From assembly GCA_038248205.1 (NCBI GenBank), contig JBBRUC010000006.1:1-60072 (forward strand): 60,072 nt of DNA, given 5' to 3'. Source of the DNA: Thermoanaerobaculia bacterium. GTDB taxonomy: Bacteria; Acidobacteriota; Thermoanaerobaculia; Multivoradales; UBA5704. The notes under the pieces are model-generated. The model saw only the letters and a program-made list of their open reading frames with translations. It ran no database searches and was not told where the DNA came from. Of the stretch, positions 45,450 through 55,416 are shown one piece after another. Made by a program: the position numbers and the translations under genes. Each line of letters opens with the position of its first letter. The first letter of the stretch is position 1.

Positions 45450-48263
45450 CTAGCCTGCCGCCTTCGGGCCACCGCGGCAACCCTGGCCGTCCCTGTCGCT
45501 TTTGGGGCAACCAAGTAGAAGGGGGATAGAGGGGAGGCCCCACGGGCGCAAGGCCCAAATCTCCGTGCCGTTCGCCGCTTCGTAGAAGGGAAAGAAGACG
45601 CGGCCGGCCGCGGGGAGGAACTCCCCGCCCGGCAGGCCTTCGTGCGGCGCTAGGCGGCGCACCGTGCCCGCGGGCGTGCCGTCGGTTTCCCAAATGCCGT
45701 CGAAGGCGGTATAGGCGAGCCGGCCGGCGACGAGCGCGAAACCGTAGACCGAGGTGATGGGTTCGCCGTTCGCCTTTCGGAGCGCCTCGGTGCCCGCTCC
45801 GGTACCGTCGGTCGTGTAGAGCTGGTCGTCGGTGCCGAGAAAGACCAGGCGACCGTTCCATACTGTCGGCTCAAGCGAGCCGGCCGAGCGGAAGGAAAGG
45901 CCCAGGTCGTCGCGTTCCAGGTCGAAGCGAGTGCCGTCGCTGCGCCAGAAGCCAGCAGCGCCTCCGCCGTAGAAGAACAGGAGCACCTGGTCGCCGAGGG
46001 CGAAGAGGCCGATCTCCTCCGCCGCATGACCGGTGGAAGTTTGAAGCGGGCCGACCCGATGCGTGCCGGCCGCCGAGAGATCGGAGACCCAAAGCGCCGG
46101 TTCAGTGCCGACTTCGGATTCTTCGCCCGAGACGAAAAAGTATCGGCCGCCGGCCGGGACGATCTCGCTCGACAGCTCGAAGAAAGGGGCGGCCAGAGCG
46201 GGATATACGTCGGCCAGATAGCGGGTGCCGCCGATCGTGCCGTCCGAGACCCACGGCTCGAAGCGGCCGAAGGAGTCGGCGGCGAGGAATTCCAGCCGAT
46301 CCCCGAGCACGCGGAAAGGGCTGTGCTGAGAAAGAGCGATCTCGACAAACGGCTCGGGGTTGTCGAAATCCGACAGCCGCAGCGTACCCGCCGGGGTTCC
46401 GTCCGAGGTCCAAAGCTCCACGCCGTGCTCGGCATCGAACGCCTCAAAGAAGAGCCGCCGGCCGATCGCGCGGAAGCGCCCGGTCGGTCGCGGGCCTCCG
46501 GCGTCGACCCGAAACGTGCCGTCGGCGGTGCCGTCGCTGATCCATATCTCGGCCCGATCGAAGAATGGCGAGTCGATTAGGGCGATCCGATCTCCCAGGT
46601 CGGCCGCACCGATCTGGGATCGGGGGGAGAAAGAGTTCTGGTCGAACCGCACCGCGAGCTGGGTACCCGCCGCGCTGCCGTCCGAGGACCAAAGCTCCGT
46701 CTTGCCGCTTTGGAAGTCAGCGTTGGCGAAGAAAAAGCAGCGCCCCGCCCCGCTTTGTAAAGCGTAGGGAAACGAGCCGGCGTCCTGGCTTGGCTCGAGG
46801 TCGGAAAGGAGCGTCGTACCCGCCGGAGTACCGTCCGAGACCCAGGGCTCGGAGCCGTGCTCGGCGTCGTCGAGGCGTAGGAAGGCCCGGCCGCCGACGA
46901 AAACCCCGAGGGCGAGATCGAGGTAAGAATTCGCGCCGGACGGGCCGACGAGGCGGCGGGTGCCGGCGGCGGTGCCGTCGCTCGCCCACAACGAAACCTC
47001 GTTGAAGTCCCGAACCGAGAAATACGCCTTACCTCCTCCGAGCAGAAAGCCTTCCGGTGAGGAGGAGAGGTTGCCTGGGACGATGTCTTTGACCCGGCGG
47101 GTGCCGGCGGGCGTCAAATCGCTGGTCCAAAGCTCGCCGCCGGCCGAATCGTCGACGCCGGAAAACCAGACTCGGCTGCCGTCGGAGACGCCGACCGAGT
47201 ACGCGCCGGAGCAGAAACCCGGACAGACGTCGAGGGGGCGGGTGCCGGCGGGCGTGCCGTTGCTCGTCCACATCTCCGTGCCATGATCGCGGTCGAAGGC
47301 GACGAAGCCCACCCGCGGGCCGACGAAGACGAACTTCGGCGCGACCGCGCCGTAGTCGAGCTGCGCGAGCCGTCGGGTGCGGGCGGGGGTGCCGTCGCTC
47401 GCCCAGACCTCATCGTGCGACCCGCTCCCCTCGCTGCGCGAGATGGCGAAGTACGCGGTTGCGCCGTTCGTCGCGAACGGCGCGATGGAGTTGGCCGAAA
47501 ACGGTGCCACGGCCGGCAGGACGCGCGTTCCCGAGGACGTCCCGTCGCTCGAATAGAGGCGTACATCGAACGTTCCCGGACCCTGGGCGAAGAAGAGGAG
47601 CCGCGACCCGGCGACGCCGACTTGGAGGGGATTGCCGACGGTCGCGATCCGGCGCGTGCCGGCGGCCCTGCCGTCGCTGGTCCAAAGATCGCCCTGCCTG
47701 AAGAACCAGAGTCGGTCGTTGCCCCAAACCAGCAGGAAGGGCGAGGAACTCGCCGGGCCGGGTGCCAGATCCTTGACCATCCGGGTACCGGCGCGCGTGC
47801 CGTCGCTGGTCCAAAGCTCGGCGCCCCTGGCGGGGGTCGCATGGACGAAGAAAATCCGTCGCGGTCCGGCGACCGTCCCGTCCGCCGCCGCTTCGAACGA
47901 GTTCAAAAGGGGGCGGGTGCCGGCCACCGTGCCATCGGTTACCAGGAGGCGGCAGCGCACCGCCGTACAGGCGGAAAGGAAAGCGAGTTCGCCGGTGGCC
48001 GCCACCGAGTGGATCGAAGTCTGGTTCTTGAGCAATCGCACGGTACCGGCGGCCGTGCCCGTGCTCGACCAAAGACCGAGCCCTGGGTTATGGGCGAGGA
48101 ATAGGGCCCGCGAGCCGACCTGGCCGAAGCGATCCGGCCGCGAGCCGGCACTATGGAAGGTGGGGTCGAGATCGGCGACGCGGTAGGGCACGGCGGGAAA
48201 CGCCGGAACCAGCGAGAACGCGACGGCGAGCGCCGGAGCGAAGAAAAACGTTTTCGTGCTCAT
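45450..48263 (-). CDS. ELWxxDGT repeat secreted protein
   Basis: Signal peptide and many ELWTSDGT/EPWVSDGT repeats. Confidence 0.9.
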   Translation of the reverse strand: MSTKTFFFAPALAVAFSLVPAFPAVPYRVADLDPTFHSAGSRPDRFGQVGSRALFLAHNPGLGLWSSTGTAAGTVRLLKNQTSIHSVAATGELAFLSACTAVRCRLLVTDGTVAGTRPLLNSFEAAADGTVAGPRRIFFVHATPARGAELWTSDGTRAGTRMVKDLAPGPASSSPFLLVWGNDRLWFFRQGDLWTSDGRAAGTRRIATVGNPLQVGVAGSRLLFFAQGPGTFDVRLYSSDGTSSGTRVLPAVAPFSANSIAPFATNGATAYFAISRSEGSGSHDEVWASDGTPARTRRLAQLDYGAVAPKFVFVGPRVGFVAFDRDHGTEMWTSNGTPAGTRPLDVCPGFCSGAYSVGVSDGSRVWFSGVDDSAGGELWTSDLTPAGTRRVKDIVPGNLSSSPEGFLLGGGKAYFSVRDFNEVSLWASDGTAAGTRRLVGPSGANSYLDLALGVFVGGRAFLRLDDAEHGSEPWVSDGTPAGTTLLSDLEPSQDAGSFPYALQSGAGRCFFFANADFQSGKTELWSSDGSAAGTQLAVRFDQNSFSPRSQIGAADLGDRIALIDSPFFDRAEIWISDGTADGTFRVDAGGPRPTGRFRAIGRRLFFEAFDAEHGVELWTSDGTPAGTLRLSDFDNPEPFVEIALSQHSPFRVLGDRLEFLAADSFGRFEPWVSDGTIGGTRYLADVYPALAAPFFELSSEIVPAGGRYFFVSGEESEVGTEPALWVSDLSAAGTHRVGPLQTSTGHAAEEIGLFALGDQVLLFFYGGGAAGFWRSDGTRFDLERDDLGLSFRSAGSLEPTVWNGRLVFLGTDDQLYTTDGTGAGTEALRKANGEPITSVYGFALVAGRLAYTAFDGIWETDGTPAGTVRRLAPHEGLPGGEFLPAAGRVFFPFYEAANGTEIWALRPWGLPSIPLLLGCPKSDRDGQGCRGGPKAAG

Positions 48264-48277
48264 CGGATTCCCCTCTT

Positions 48278-50962
48278 CTAGGGCCGTAGCGCCCAAAGCT
48301 CCGGACCATGGATTTGGTCATCCCACACGAAATAGAGCCGATCGCCCGCGGCGACGGCTTGGGAAGAAAAGCGACCGGGCCCGCCGGGAATTTCGATCGG
48401 CACCGTCCCCGCCGGTGTGCCGTCGCTTGCAAACGGTGCGTTGCGCGAAGCGATCACGAGCCGGCCGCCCACGACGGCAAGGGCGCTCGCTTCGAGCGAT
48501 TGGCCCTCGGCGTCGAGGGAGCGGAGGGTTCCCGCGGCGGTGCCGTCGGTTGACCAGAGGCCGCCAGAATTCGCGGTTGCAAACCAGAGGCGGCCGCCGA
48601 AGACCACCGGCGGCACGAAGCGCCCGATCGCGGCCCGGGCGATCACGTGCGTTCCGGCCGCCGTGCCGTCGCTTACCCAGAGGCCGGAGCCCAGCAAGGA
48701 GGCCGGACCGAAGGCGAGCATCTTGTTTCCCAAAGGCCAGAGCGACCAGCCGCCAACGTCCGCGCGGGCGAGGTCGAGGGGACCGACCGCTACCGTGCTC
48801 GCGGCGGAGAGATCGGTGCGGAAGAGCGTCGGCTCGGCCTCTCCCGGTTCGACTGCGACGAACCAGTATGTGCCGCCGAGTTCGGCGATCGGGCTCCTGG
48901 CCGAGGCCAGCAAGGTTTCGAGAAACGGATAGACCTCTTCGATAGGTCGGGTGCCTTCCGACGTGCCATCGGAAATCCACAGCTCTTCGCCACCCAGCGG
49001 CGAAAGGACGGGCGCCACCACGCGGGAGCCCAAGGCGAGCAGCGCCGGACGGTCGCCGGAATTGGGACGGAACGGCTGGGGGGGGACGAGGTCGGTTAGC
49101 GGAAGGGTACCGGCCGGCGTGCCGTCGGTCACCCACAGCTCCTCGCCGCGGGCGGCGTCCTGGGCGACGAAGAACAATTTTCCACCCGCCCGGATCCGGT
49201 TGCCGTCGGCCAGGGCGCCGGAGGAGAGCAGAGGCTCGGTTCCCTCCGGGGTGCCGTCGCTACCGAGGAGTTGGAACCGGTCCAAGAAGAATCGTCGGAA
49301 GAAGAGCACCAGTCGGCCGCCTGCCTCGCTGGAGAGGATGGCGTTGATCTCGGAGGACTGCGGGCCGGGATCGAATTCGAAAACGAGCTTGGTTGTCTCG
49401 GGCGTTCCGCCCGAACTCCAAAGCTCATTGCCCGAAACCCCGTCGTCGGCGAAGAAGAAGGCCCGGTTGCCGGCGGCGGAAAGGCTGGTGGGATTGGCCC
49501 CCACCAGGTTTTCCGCGTCGAGGTCGGCGAGGAGGAGCGTTCCCGCGGCTGAGCCGTCCGAGACCCAAGGCTCGACACCGTGGGCGGAATCGCTCCCCGC
49601 AAAGACGATCCTGGAACCCGCGAGCGCCGCCGCACTCGAGGAGTCGAAGAAGGTCGACACAGGCCCGAGAAGCCGGGTGCCGGCCGTGGTGCCGTCGCTG
49701 CCAAAGATCGACCGATTCCCCAGCGGCGAGTTGCCGACGAAATAAACCCGGTTGTCGGCCGCGAACCACTCTTGCGGAGCGGTTCCGCAGGGGCCGGCGC
49801 AGAGATCCCGCAGCTGGCGCGTACCGGCTGGGGTCAGATCACTGGTCCAAGCTTCGATGCCTCGGGCGGAGTCTTCGCCGGAAAACCAGATTCGCCCCAG
49901 CGCTGAAATCCCGAACTGCCAGACGCCGCTGCAGGAGCCGGCGCAGATCTCTTTGACCACCCGCGTGCCCGCGGGGGTGCCGTCGCTCGCCCAAAGCTCT
50001 TGCCCCCGGCTGGGAGTGGAAGCGAGGAACGCGACCTTGCCGCCGAGCGCCGCGAGATCGGTTCCCAGGTCCGCCGCCCCGAAGACGAGCCGCGTTCCGG
50101 CGGAGGTGCCGTCGGTGGCCCACAGCTCGCGCCGGCCGTTGGCGATCAGGAAGAAGAAAGCCCGGTTCGCCGCGACGACGATCGGCTCGTGCAAGTCGAT
50201 TCCCGCGCCGGGCAGGGTCGCCAGGCGCCGCGTTCCCGCGGGAGTGCCGTCGGTCTTCCACAGCTCGTCGCCCGCGTAGTAGAGCAGCCCGTTGCCGAAC
50301 CGGGTAAGCCCAAAGCCGGCGATCGACGCTCCGACTCTCTTCGTGCCACCCGGCAGGCCGGTGGTTGCGAAGAGCGCCCCTCGGGCGTTTGGCAGATCGG
50401 CGAAAAACCAGCCCTTGCCGCGGAATTCGACCAACCCCCGCGCGTCCCGCGCCGGCAGATTGATCTTTCGCGTACCGGCGGGGGTGCCGTCGGTTCGCCA
50501 AAGCATTGCGCCGTGGCCGGCATCGGCCAAGAGCAGCGTTCGCGGCAGGCCGGCGGGCGCCACCGCTTCGATCGGCGAGAAACCGGCCGATTGGAATCGC
50601 ACCAGACGGACGGTTCCAGAGGATGTGCCATCGGTACCCCAGAGGCCGCAGCCGTTGCCGCTGTTGCCGCACAGGGTCAGGTAGGCGCGCCCTCCGGCCG
50701 CGGCGGGGCCGGAAAAGATGCGCTGGTCTTGCGGGATCACCAATTCCGGATCGCCGGGTAAGCCCCCGGTCGTCCAGAGACCGGAATTCGAACCGCTGGT
50801 AAAGACGACCCGCCCGCTGAGCGCGGTGAACTCGCGCGGCTGCGAGCCTTCGCTCATAAATCGGGGGTCGATGTCTTCGACCAGATACGGCACGACGGCA
50901 AAGCTCGGGGCAAGAGACAGGATGGAAGAGGCCAGCAAAGCCGCACAACGGATCGCTCTCAT
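48278..50962 (-). CDS. ELWxxDGT repeat secreted protein
   Basis: Signal peptide MRAIRCAALLA.., ELWKTDGT/ELWATDGT repeats, ends ELWALRP. Confidence 0.9.
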   Translation of the reverse strand: MRAIRCAALLASSILSLAPSFAVVPYLVEDIDPRFMSEGSQPREFTALSGRVVFTSGSNSGLWTTGGLPGDPELVIPQDQRIFSGPAAAGGRAYLTLCGNSGNGCGLWGTDGTSSGTVRLVRFQSAGFSPIEAVAPAGLPRTLLLADAGHGAMLWRTDGTPAGTRKINLPARDARGLVEFRGKGWFFADLPNARGALFATTGLPGGTKRVGASIAGFGLTRFGNGLLYYAGDELWKTDGTPAGTRRLATLPGAGIDLHEPIVVAANRAFFFLIANGRRELWATDGTSAGTRLVFGAADLGTDLAALGGKVAFLASTPSRGQELWASDGTPAGTRVVKEICAGSCSGVWQFGISALGRIWFSGEDSARGIEAWTSDLTPAGTRQLRDLCAGPCGTAPQEWFAADNRVYFVGNSPLGNRSIFGSDGTTAGTRLLGPVSTFFDSSSAAALAGSRIVFAGSDSAHGVEPWVSDGSAAGTLLLADLDAENLVGANPTSLSAAGNRAFFFADDGVSGNELWSSGGTPETTKLVFEFDPGPQSSEINAILSSEAGGRLVLFFRRFFLDRFQLLGSDGTPEGTEPLLSSGALADGNRIRAGGKLFFVAQDAARGEELWVTDGTPAGTLPLTDLVPPQPFRPNSGDRPALLALGSRVVAPVLSPLGGEELWISDGTSEGTRPIEEVYPFLETLLASARSPIAELGGTYWFVAVEPGEAEPTLFRTDLSAASTVAVGPLDLARADVGGWSLWPLGNKMLAFGPASLLGSGLWVSDGTAAGTHVIARAAIGRFVPPVVFGGRLWFATANSGGLWSTDGTAAGTLRSLDAEGQSLEASALAVVGGRLVIASRNAPFASDGTPAGTVPIEIPGGPGRFSSQAVAAGDRLYFVWDDQIHGPELWALRP

Positions 50963-51082
50963 GGCGAGAACGGACACTTGTTGTAGGAAAGCGTTTACGG
51001 GTGCGGGGACTCGCTTGCAAAGCACCCGTCAACGCGAAGCCGCGCATTGGTTGCCGACCGGCGTGAGACGTGGGCCGAGACG

Positions 51083-52000
51083 TTACGGCGTCGGCTTCAC
51101 GAACGCCTTGGCATCTTCGTCGAACACCCTGAGTGCGGCGCTCTTGGGAATCTCGAAGACCGCCGCATCCAACGTTTGGTTGATCGACAGCTCCTCGATC
51201 TGAAAGAAAGCGCGCAGGCCCGCCTCGTTGGCCACCGAGTCCCAGGCGACGAAGACGACTTTGTCCGGAATGTGGAACGTATCCCCCCCGGCGACAACTT
51301 GCCGGTAGGAGGAAATCTCGATCATTCCGCTGGGTTGGCCGGCCTGATCCAGAGGATCGACCCTCATCGGGAGCAGACCGAACTCTGTCGTTCCGAGATG
51401 GATTCGATATTTCTGAGCCTGGCCGCCGACGCTTTCGCCGGTGATGTCGAGCGCCGGAAACCCGCCGACGCCGGGTACGGAACTCACTTCCGCAGAGGCC
51501 AGCCGCGCGTTCCACAGCTCCGCATCGCGAAGATCTTCGAGCTTCAACGTGCATCCTGGGCAGGCGTCTCCCTGGCGGCTTAAGAACTCTACGGCGAAAA
51601 AGAAGGGATTCGGCAAAGCGGTCGGGATCGCCGACAGATCGCCTCGGCGGATTGAAAGAAGCTTCATGCCTTGATCAAGGATCTGTAGGCTTTGGCCGTT
51701 GAAGGCCCAATCCATATCTTGCATGAACGGCAGGGAAGCATCGCTCTTGCTGCTGATTCGAAACTTTTTTCCGTCTGCCCAGTACTCGAACGAACCACTT
51801 CCGGCGGTTTCTGGTTGAGCCACATTGTCCGGGCGGAGAATCAAGATGCGTGACGAAACTCGCAGATGGATGCTTTGAATCTTCGCCATCTGGGCCTGAA
51901 GCGCACGAAGAGGCGCCGCTTGCTTTGGCTCGGTGGCGTAGCCGGCGCCACCGACCGCCGTCACCAAAGCGAAAAGGAGAAGGGACACGGTTCTTTTCAT
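51083..52000 (-). CDS. Secreted hypothetical protein (possibly LolA-like fold)
   Basis: RBS AGAGGA, a clear signal peptide and a beta-rich pattern ending LDAAVFEIP. Confidence 0.7.
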   Translation of the reverse strand: MKRTVSLLLFALVTAVGGAGYATEPKQAAPLRALQAQMAKIQSIHLRVSSRILILRPDNVAQPETAGSGSFEYWADGKKFRISSKSDASLPFMQDMDWAFNGQSLQILDQGMKLLSIRRGDLSAIPTALPNPFFFAVEFLSRQGDACPGCTLKLEDLRDAELWNARLASAEVSSVPGVGGFPALDITGESVGGQAQKYRIHLGTTEFGLLPMRVDPLDQAGQPSGMIEISSYRQVVAGGDTFHIPDKVVFVAWDSVANEAGLRAFFQIEELSINQTLDAAVFEIPKSAALRVFDEDAKAFVKPTP

Positions 52001-52098
52001 TCGGCCGTTCCTCTCTTGGGCAGAAAAGTCGAGATCCTAAGATACTATACCAACGGGAAGGTAAGCCTTCAAATGGTCCAACACCCGCCTTCGGGCGG

Positions 52099-53295
52099 CT
52101 ATTTTGCGGGGTGCGCCAGCCGCGCCGCCACCCGGCGGTACGCTTCGCGGAACGAAATCCCCTCCTCCAAAACCAGCCGGTAGGCCTCTTCCGCCGCGTA
52201 CAGCTCGGGATCGAGGTGGATCTTCTCTGGCAGGAAGCGGACGCCGGGGAGGGCGTGGGCGAGGATCGCGGTGGTTTCGAGCGCGAGGTCGATGCCGCGG
52301 AAGAGGGGGGCTTTGAGCAGCTGTAGGTCGCGGTGGTAGCCGGAGGGGAGCTTGGCGGGAATGGCGAGCGCTTCGAGGAGGCCTGCGTGGCCCGCGGCGG
52401 TGCGGGCTCGGATCAGCTCGAAGACATCCGGGTTGCGCTTCTGGGGCATGATCGATGACCCGGTCGTCATCTCGGGCGGCAGGCTCGCGAAGCCCAGCTC
52501 TTTCATCGAGAAGAGGACGAGATCGGCGGCCAGCCGGCCGCAATCCTGGAGCAGTAGGGCGACCTCGAACAGGACGTGCGCTTCGGCCTTGCCGCGGGAG
52601 AGCTGGACGGCGGTCACGGGCTCGTGGACCGTACGGAAATCGAGCTTGGCGCGCGTCGCTTCGCGGTCGATGGGCAGGATCTCGGGGACGCCGTAACCGG
52701 CGGCGGAGCCGAGCGGGTTCTTGTCGATCCGCCGGAGCGTCGCCTCGAACCCTTCCGCGTCGTCGCGCAGTTCGCTCGCGAAACCGCCGGCCCACTGGGG
52801 GACCGAGCTGGGCATCGCGGGCTGCAGGTGGGTGTAGCCGGGTAGCGCCTGGTTCGGATGGCGCGCCGCGAGATCGTCGAGCGCCGATCCGACCGCCCGG
52901 GCGCCTTGGGCGAGGTCCGCCACCGCGTCGCGCAGATAGAGGCGCAGGGCGGCGAGGACCTGGTCGTTGCGGCTTCGCCCGAGATGGATGCGCGCGCCGG
53001 CCTCGCCGATCCGCTCGGTGAGCCGCCGTTCGAGCGCGGTGTGGCAATCCTCGTCGGCCAGCTCGATCTTCCATGCTCCGGCGGCGTGCTCGGCGCCGAG
53101 CGCTTCGAGCCCGGCGCGAATTGCGGCGAGATCTTCTTCGCCGAGCAGCTTCTGTTCGGAAAGCATTTCGGCGTGGGCGATCGAGGCGCGGACGTCATAG
53201 GCCACCAGCCGCTCGTCGAGCGCGTGGTCTTCTCCCGCGGTGTAGCGAAGTACGCGTTGATCGAGCGGTACGCCTTTGTCCCAGAGTCGGCTCAT
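52099..53295 (-). CDS. argH: Argininosuccinate lyase (short form)
   Basis: HLGRSRNDQV, PGYTHLQPA, GSSIMPQKRNPD and SGYHRDLQ. Confidence 0.95.
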   Translation of the reverse strand: MSRLWDKGVPLDQRVLRYTAGEDHALDERLVAYDVRASIAHAEMLSEQKLLGEEDLAAIRAGLEALGAEHAAGAWKIELADEDCHTALERRLTERIGEAGARIHLGRSRNDQVLAALRLYLRDAVADLAQGARAVGSALDDLAARHPNQALPGYTHLQPAMPSSVPQWAGGFASELRDDAEGFEATLRRIDKNPLGSAAGYGVPEILPIDREATRAKLDFRTVHEPVTAVQLSRGKAEAHVLFEVALLLQDCGRLAADLVLFSMKELGFASLPPEMTTGSSIMPQKRNPDVFELIRARTAAGHAGLLEALAIPAKLPSGYHRDLQLLKAPLFRGIDLALETTAILAHALPGVRFLPEKIHLDPELYAAEEAYRLVLEEGISFREAYRRVAARLAHPAK

Positions 53296-54389
53296 GCGAG
53301 GTCACCTCTCAACCCGAGAGCCTCGATCAGGGCGAGATAAAATCTTGCCCCCTCAAGGATCTCCCCCTCTTCCACGTACTCATCCACCCGGTGCGAGCGC
53401 TCCGAGCGGCCGGGGCCGCATTTGATCGCGGGCGCGTCGATCAGCGCCCAGTCGGAGAGGGTGGGCGAGCCGTAGGTGCGCGCGCCGGGCCGGGCGGTGA
53501 GGGCGGCGGCGAGAAGGGGCGAGTCTTGCGGTGTGGCGCGGGGGCGCAGGCGATCGGAGAGCACGCGGACCTCGGCTCCCACCGCGCCGCCGATCGAAAG
53601 AGCGATCTCTCCCGGCGGCAGGGCTGGCGTGGTGCGCACGTCGAGCAGGGCGGTCGCCTCGGCCGGCAGGACGTTTCTGGCCGTGCCGGCGCGTAGTTGG
53701 GTCGGTTCGACCGTGATCGGGCCGAGGGCCGCGTGGTGCGGAAATTCGAGCGCTTCCAGTTTCAACAGGTCGCGCGCCAACTCGCGGGCGGCGTTCTTTG
53801 CGCCGAGCGCCTGGGCATTGGCCGCATGGCAGGCGTCGCCGCGGGCGACCAGCTCTAGCACCAGCAGCCCTTTTTGGGCGATCGCGATGTCCAGCCCCGT
53901 CGGCTCGCCGATGATCGCGCCCGCGATCTTCCGGCCGCGTTCGGCGAGAACGCTGAGAATTCTCTCGGTGCCCGTTCCTTTCGTCTCCTCTTGCTCGACC
54001 AGCGCGAGCGCGAGGGCGAAGGGGAGCGGCCGATCGTGCAGGGCGACGAACGCCGCCGACATCGCGGCGACCGAGGCTTTGGCGTCGTTCGATCCGAGCC
54101 CGTAGACGCGCCCTTCTTCGAGCGTCGCCTCGTATGGCTCGCGGGTCCAGCCGGGCGCGGGGGGGACGGTGTCGAGATGTGTATCGAGCAGAAGGATCGG
54201 CGCGTCCGGGCTCGTCCCCTCGTGGATCGCGAGGAGGGTATTGCCGAAGCGCTCGACCGTGATGCCGCGCGCCAGCAGCCACCCGCCCATTCGCTCGGCG
54301 AGCGCCCCTTCGTTGCCGGAAACCGAAGGGGTCGAGACCGCGAGCCGATGAAGCGCGAGGATCTCGGCGGGGGAGGGAGACGCGGCCAC
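53292..54389 (-). CDS. argE: M20 deacylase (acetylornithine/acetylcitrulline deacetylase)
   Basis: THLDTV, GLGSNDAK, EE, GEPT and SH..DE; lies in the arg operon. Confidence 0.88.
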   Translation of the reverse strand: MAASPSPAEILALHRLAVSTPSVSGNEGALAERMGGWLLARGITVERFGNTLLAIHEGTSPDAPILLLDTHLDTVPPAPGWTREPYEATLEEGRVYGLGSNDAKASVAAMSAAFVALHDRPLPFALALALVEQEETKGTGTERILSVLAERGRKIAGAIIGEPTGLDIAIAQKGLLVLELVARGDACHAANAQALGAKNAARELARDLLKLEALEFPHHAALGPITVEPTQLRAGTARNVLPAEATALLDVRTTPALPPGEIALSIGGAVGAEVRVLSDRLRPRATPQDSPLLAAALTARPGARTYGSPTLSDWALIDAPAIKCGPGRSERSHRVDEYVEEGEILEGARFYLALIEALGLRGDLA

Positions 54390-54399
54390 GGGAAACCTC

Positions 54400-55323
54400 T
54401 TACCCGGCCGCCGCGAGCTCGGCGGGAGAGAGGGCGTGAATGTCGGCCACCACCAGAGTGCCGCTCCCTTCGTTGGTGAACACCTCGCGCAGCAGCGCGT
54501 CCGGCGCGGTCTGCGAAATGACGTGGACCCGGCGCACCCCTTGGGTGAGCGCGTGTTCGATCGCAGCCGCCTTCGGCCTCATACCGGTGCCGAGCGCGCC
54601 GTTGCGATTCAGCTCGGCGAGCCCGGCGAGGTCGGTGTAGGAGATCCGCGAGCCCGCTTCTTCTTCGCGTTCGAGGATGCCCGCGGCTCCTGTAAGGACG
54701 ATCAGTTTCTCGGCCGAGAGGGCGACCGCTAGGCGCGCGGCGACCGTGTCGGCGTTGACGTTCAACAGGCCCCCCGCCTCGTCGGCCGAGATCGGGCTCA
54801 CGATCGGCACCAGCCCGGCGTCGAGCTGCGCCAGAACGACTTTCGGATCGACGCGGATCACGTCGCCCACCAGGCCGTAGTCGACGGTCTCGCCGTCCAC
54901 CTCGACCGGCGGCCGGCGGCGCGCGACGATCAGTCCGGCGTCCACCCCCGACAGGCCCACGGCGGGCACGCCCACCCGCCGGCAAAGGGCGAGGATGTGG
55001 GTGTTGACCGCGCCGTTCAACACCATGGTCGCCGCTTCGAGCGAGACCGGGTCGGTCACCCGGCGACCGGCCTTGAACTCGACCGCGGCGCCCAGGGTCG
55101 CCGCGAGTGCCGAGGCCTGTGGGCCGCCACCGTGGACCAGGACCACCCGCACCCCGAGCCGATGGAGGATCTCCACCTGTTCGAGCAGGGCGATCGTGGT
55201 CCGCTCGTCGGCGAACGCGCCGCCTCCCGCTTTGATCACGAAGGTCTTGCCCTGGTAGAGGCGGATATAGGGAATCGCGAGCTTCAAGCCCGCGACCTCG
55301 ACGTTGGAATCATGGTGGTTCAT
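54400..55323 (-). CDS. argB: Acetylglutamate kinase
   Basis: VIKAGG, VHGGGP, GRRVTD, NVNADT and GMRPK. Confidence 0.93.
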   Translation of the reverse strand: MNHHDSNVEVAGLKLAIPYIRLYQGKTFVIKAGGGAFADERTTIALLEQVEILHRLGVRVVLVHGGGPQASALAATLGAAVEFKAGRRVTDPVSLEAATMVLNGAVNTHILALCRRVGVPAVGLSGVDAGLIVARRRPPVEVDGETVDYGLVGDVIRVDPKVVLAQLDAGLVPIVSPISADEAGGLLNVNADTVAARLAVALSAEKLIVLTGAAGILEREEEAGSRISYTDLAGLAELNRNGALGTGMRPKAAAIEHALTQGVRRVHVISQTAPDALLREVFTNEGSGTLVVADIHALSPAELAAAG

Positions 55324-55354
55324 GGCGTTTTCCTTCCTCCGAAAGATTTCTGCC

Positions 55355-55416
55355 CTTCGACTTCGCTCAGGGCGCGCGCACTCAGGGTTCTGTGCGTTGA
55401 CTGAGCGAAGTCGAAG
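55355..55416. repeat. REP-like inverted repeat
   Basis: CTTCGACTTCGCTCAG (55355-55370) and CTGAGCGAAGTCGAAG (55401-55416) are perfect 16-bp arms 30 nt apart. Confidence 0.85.
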
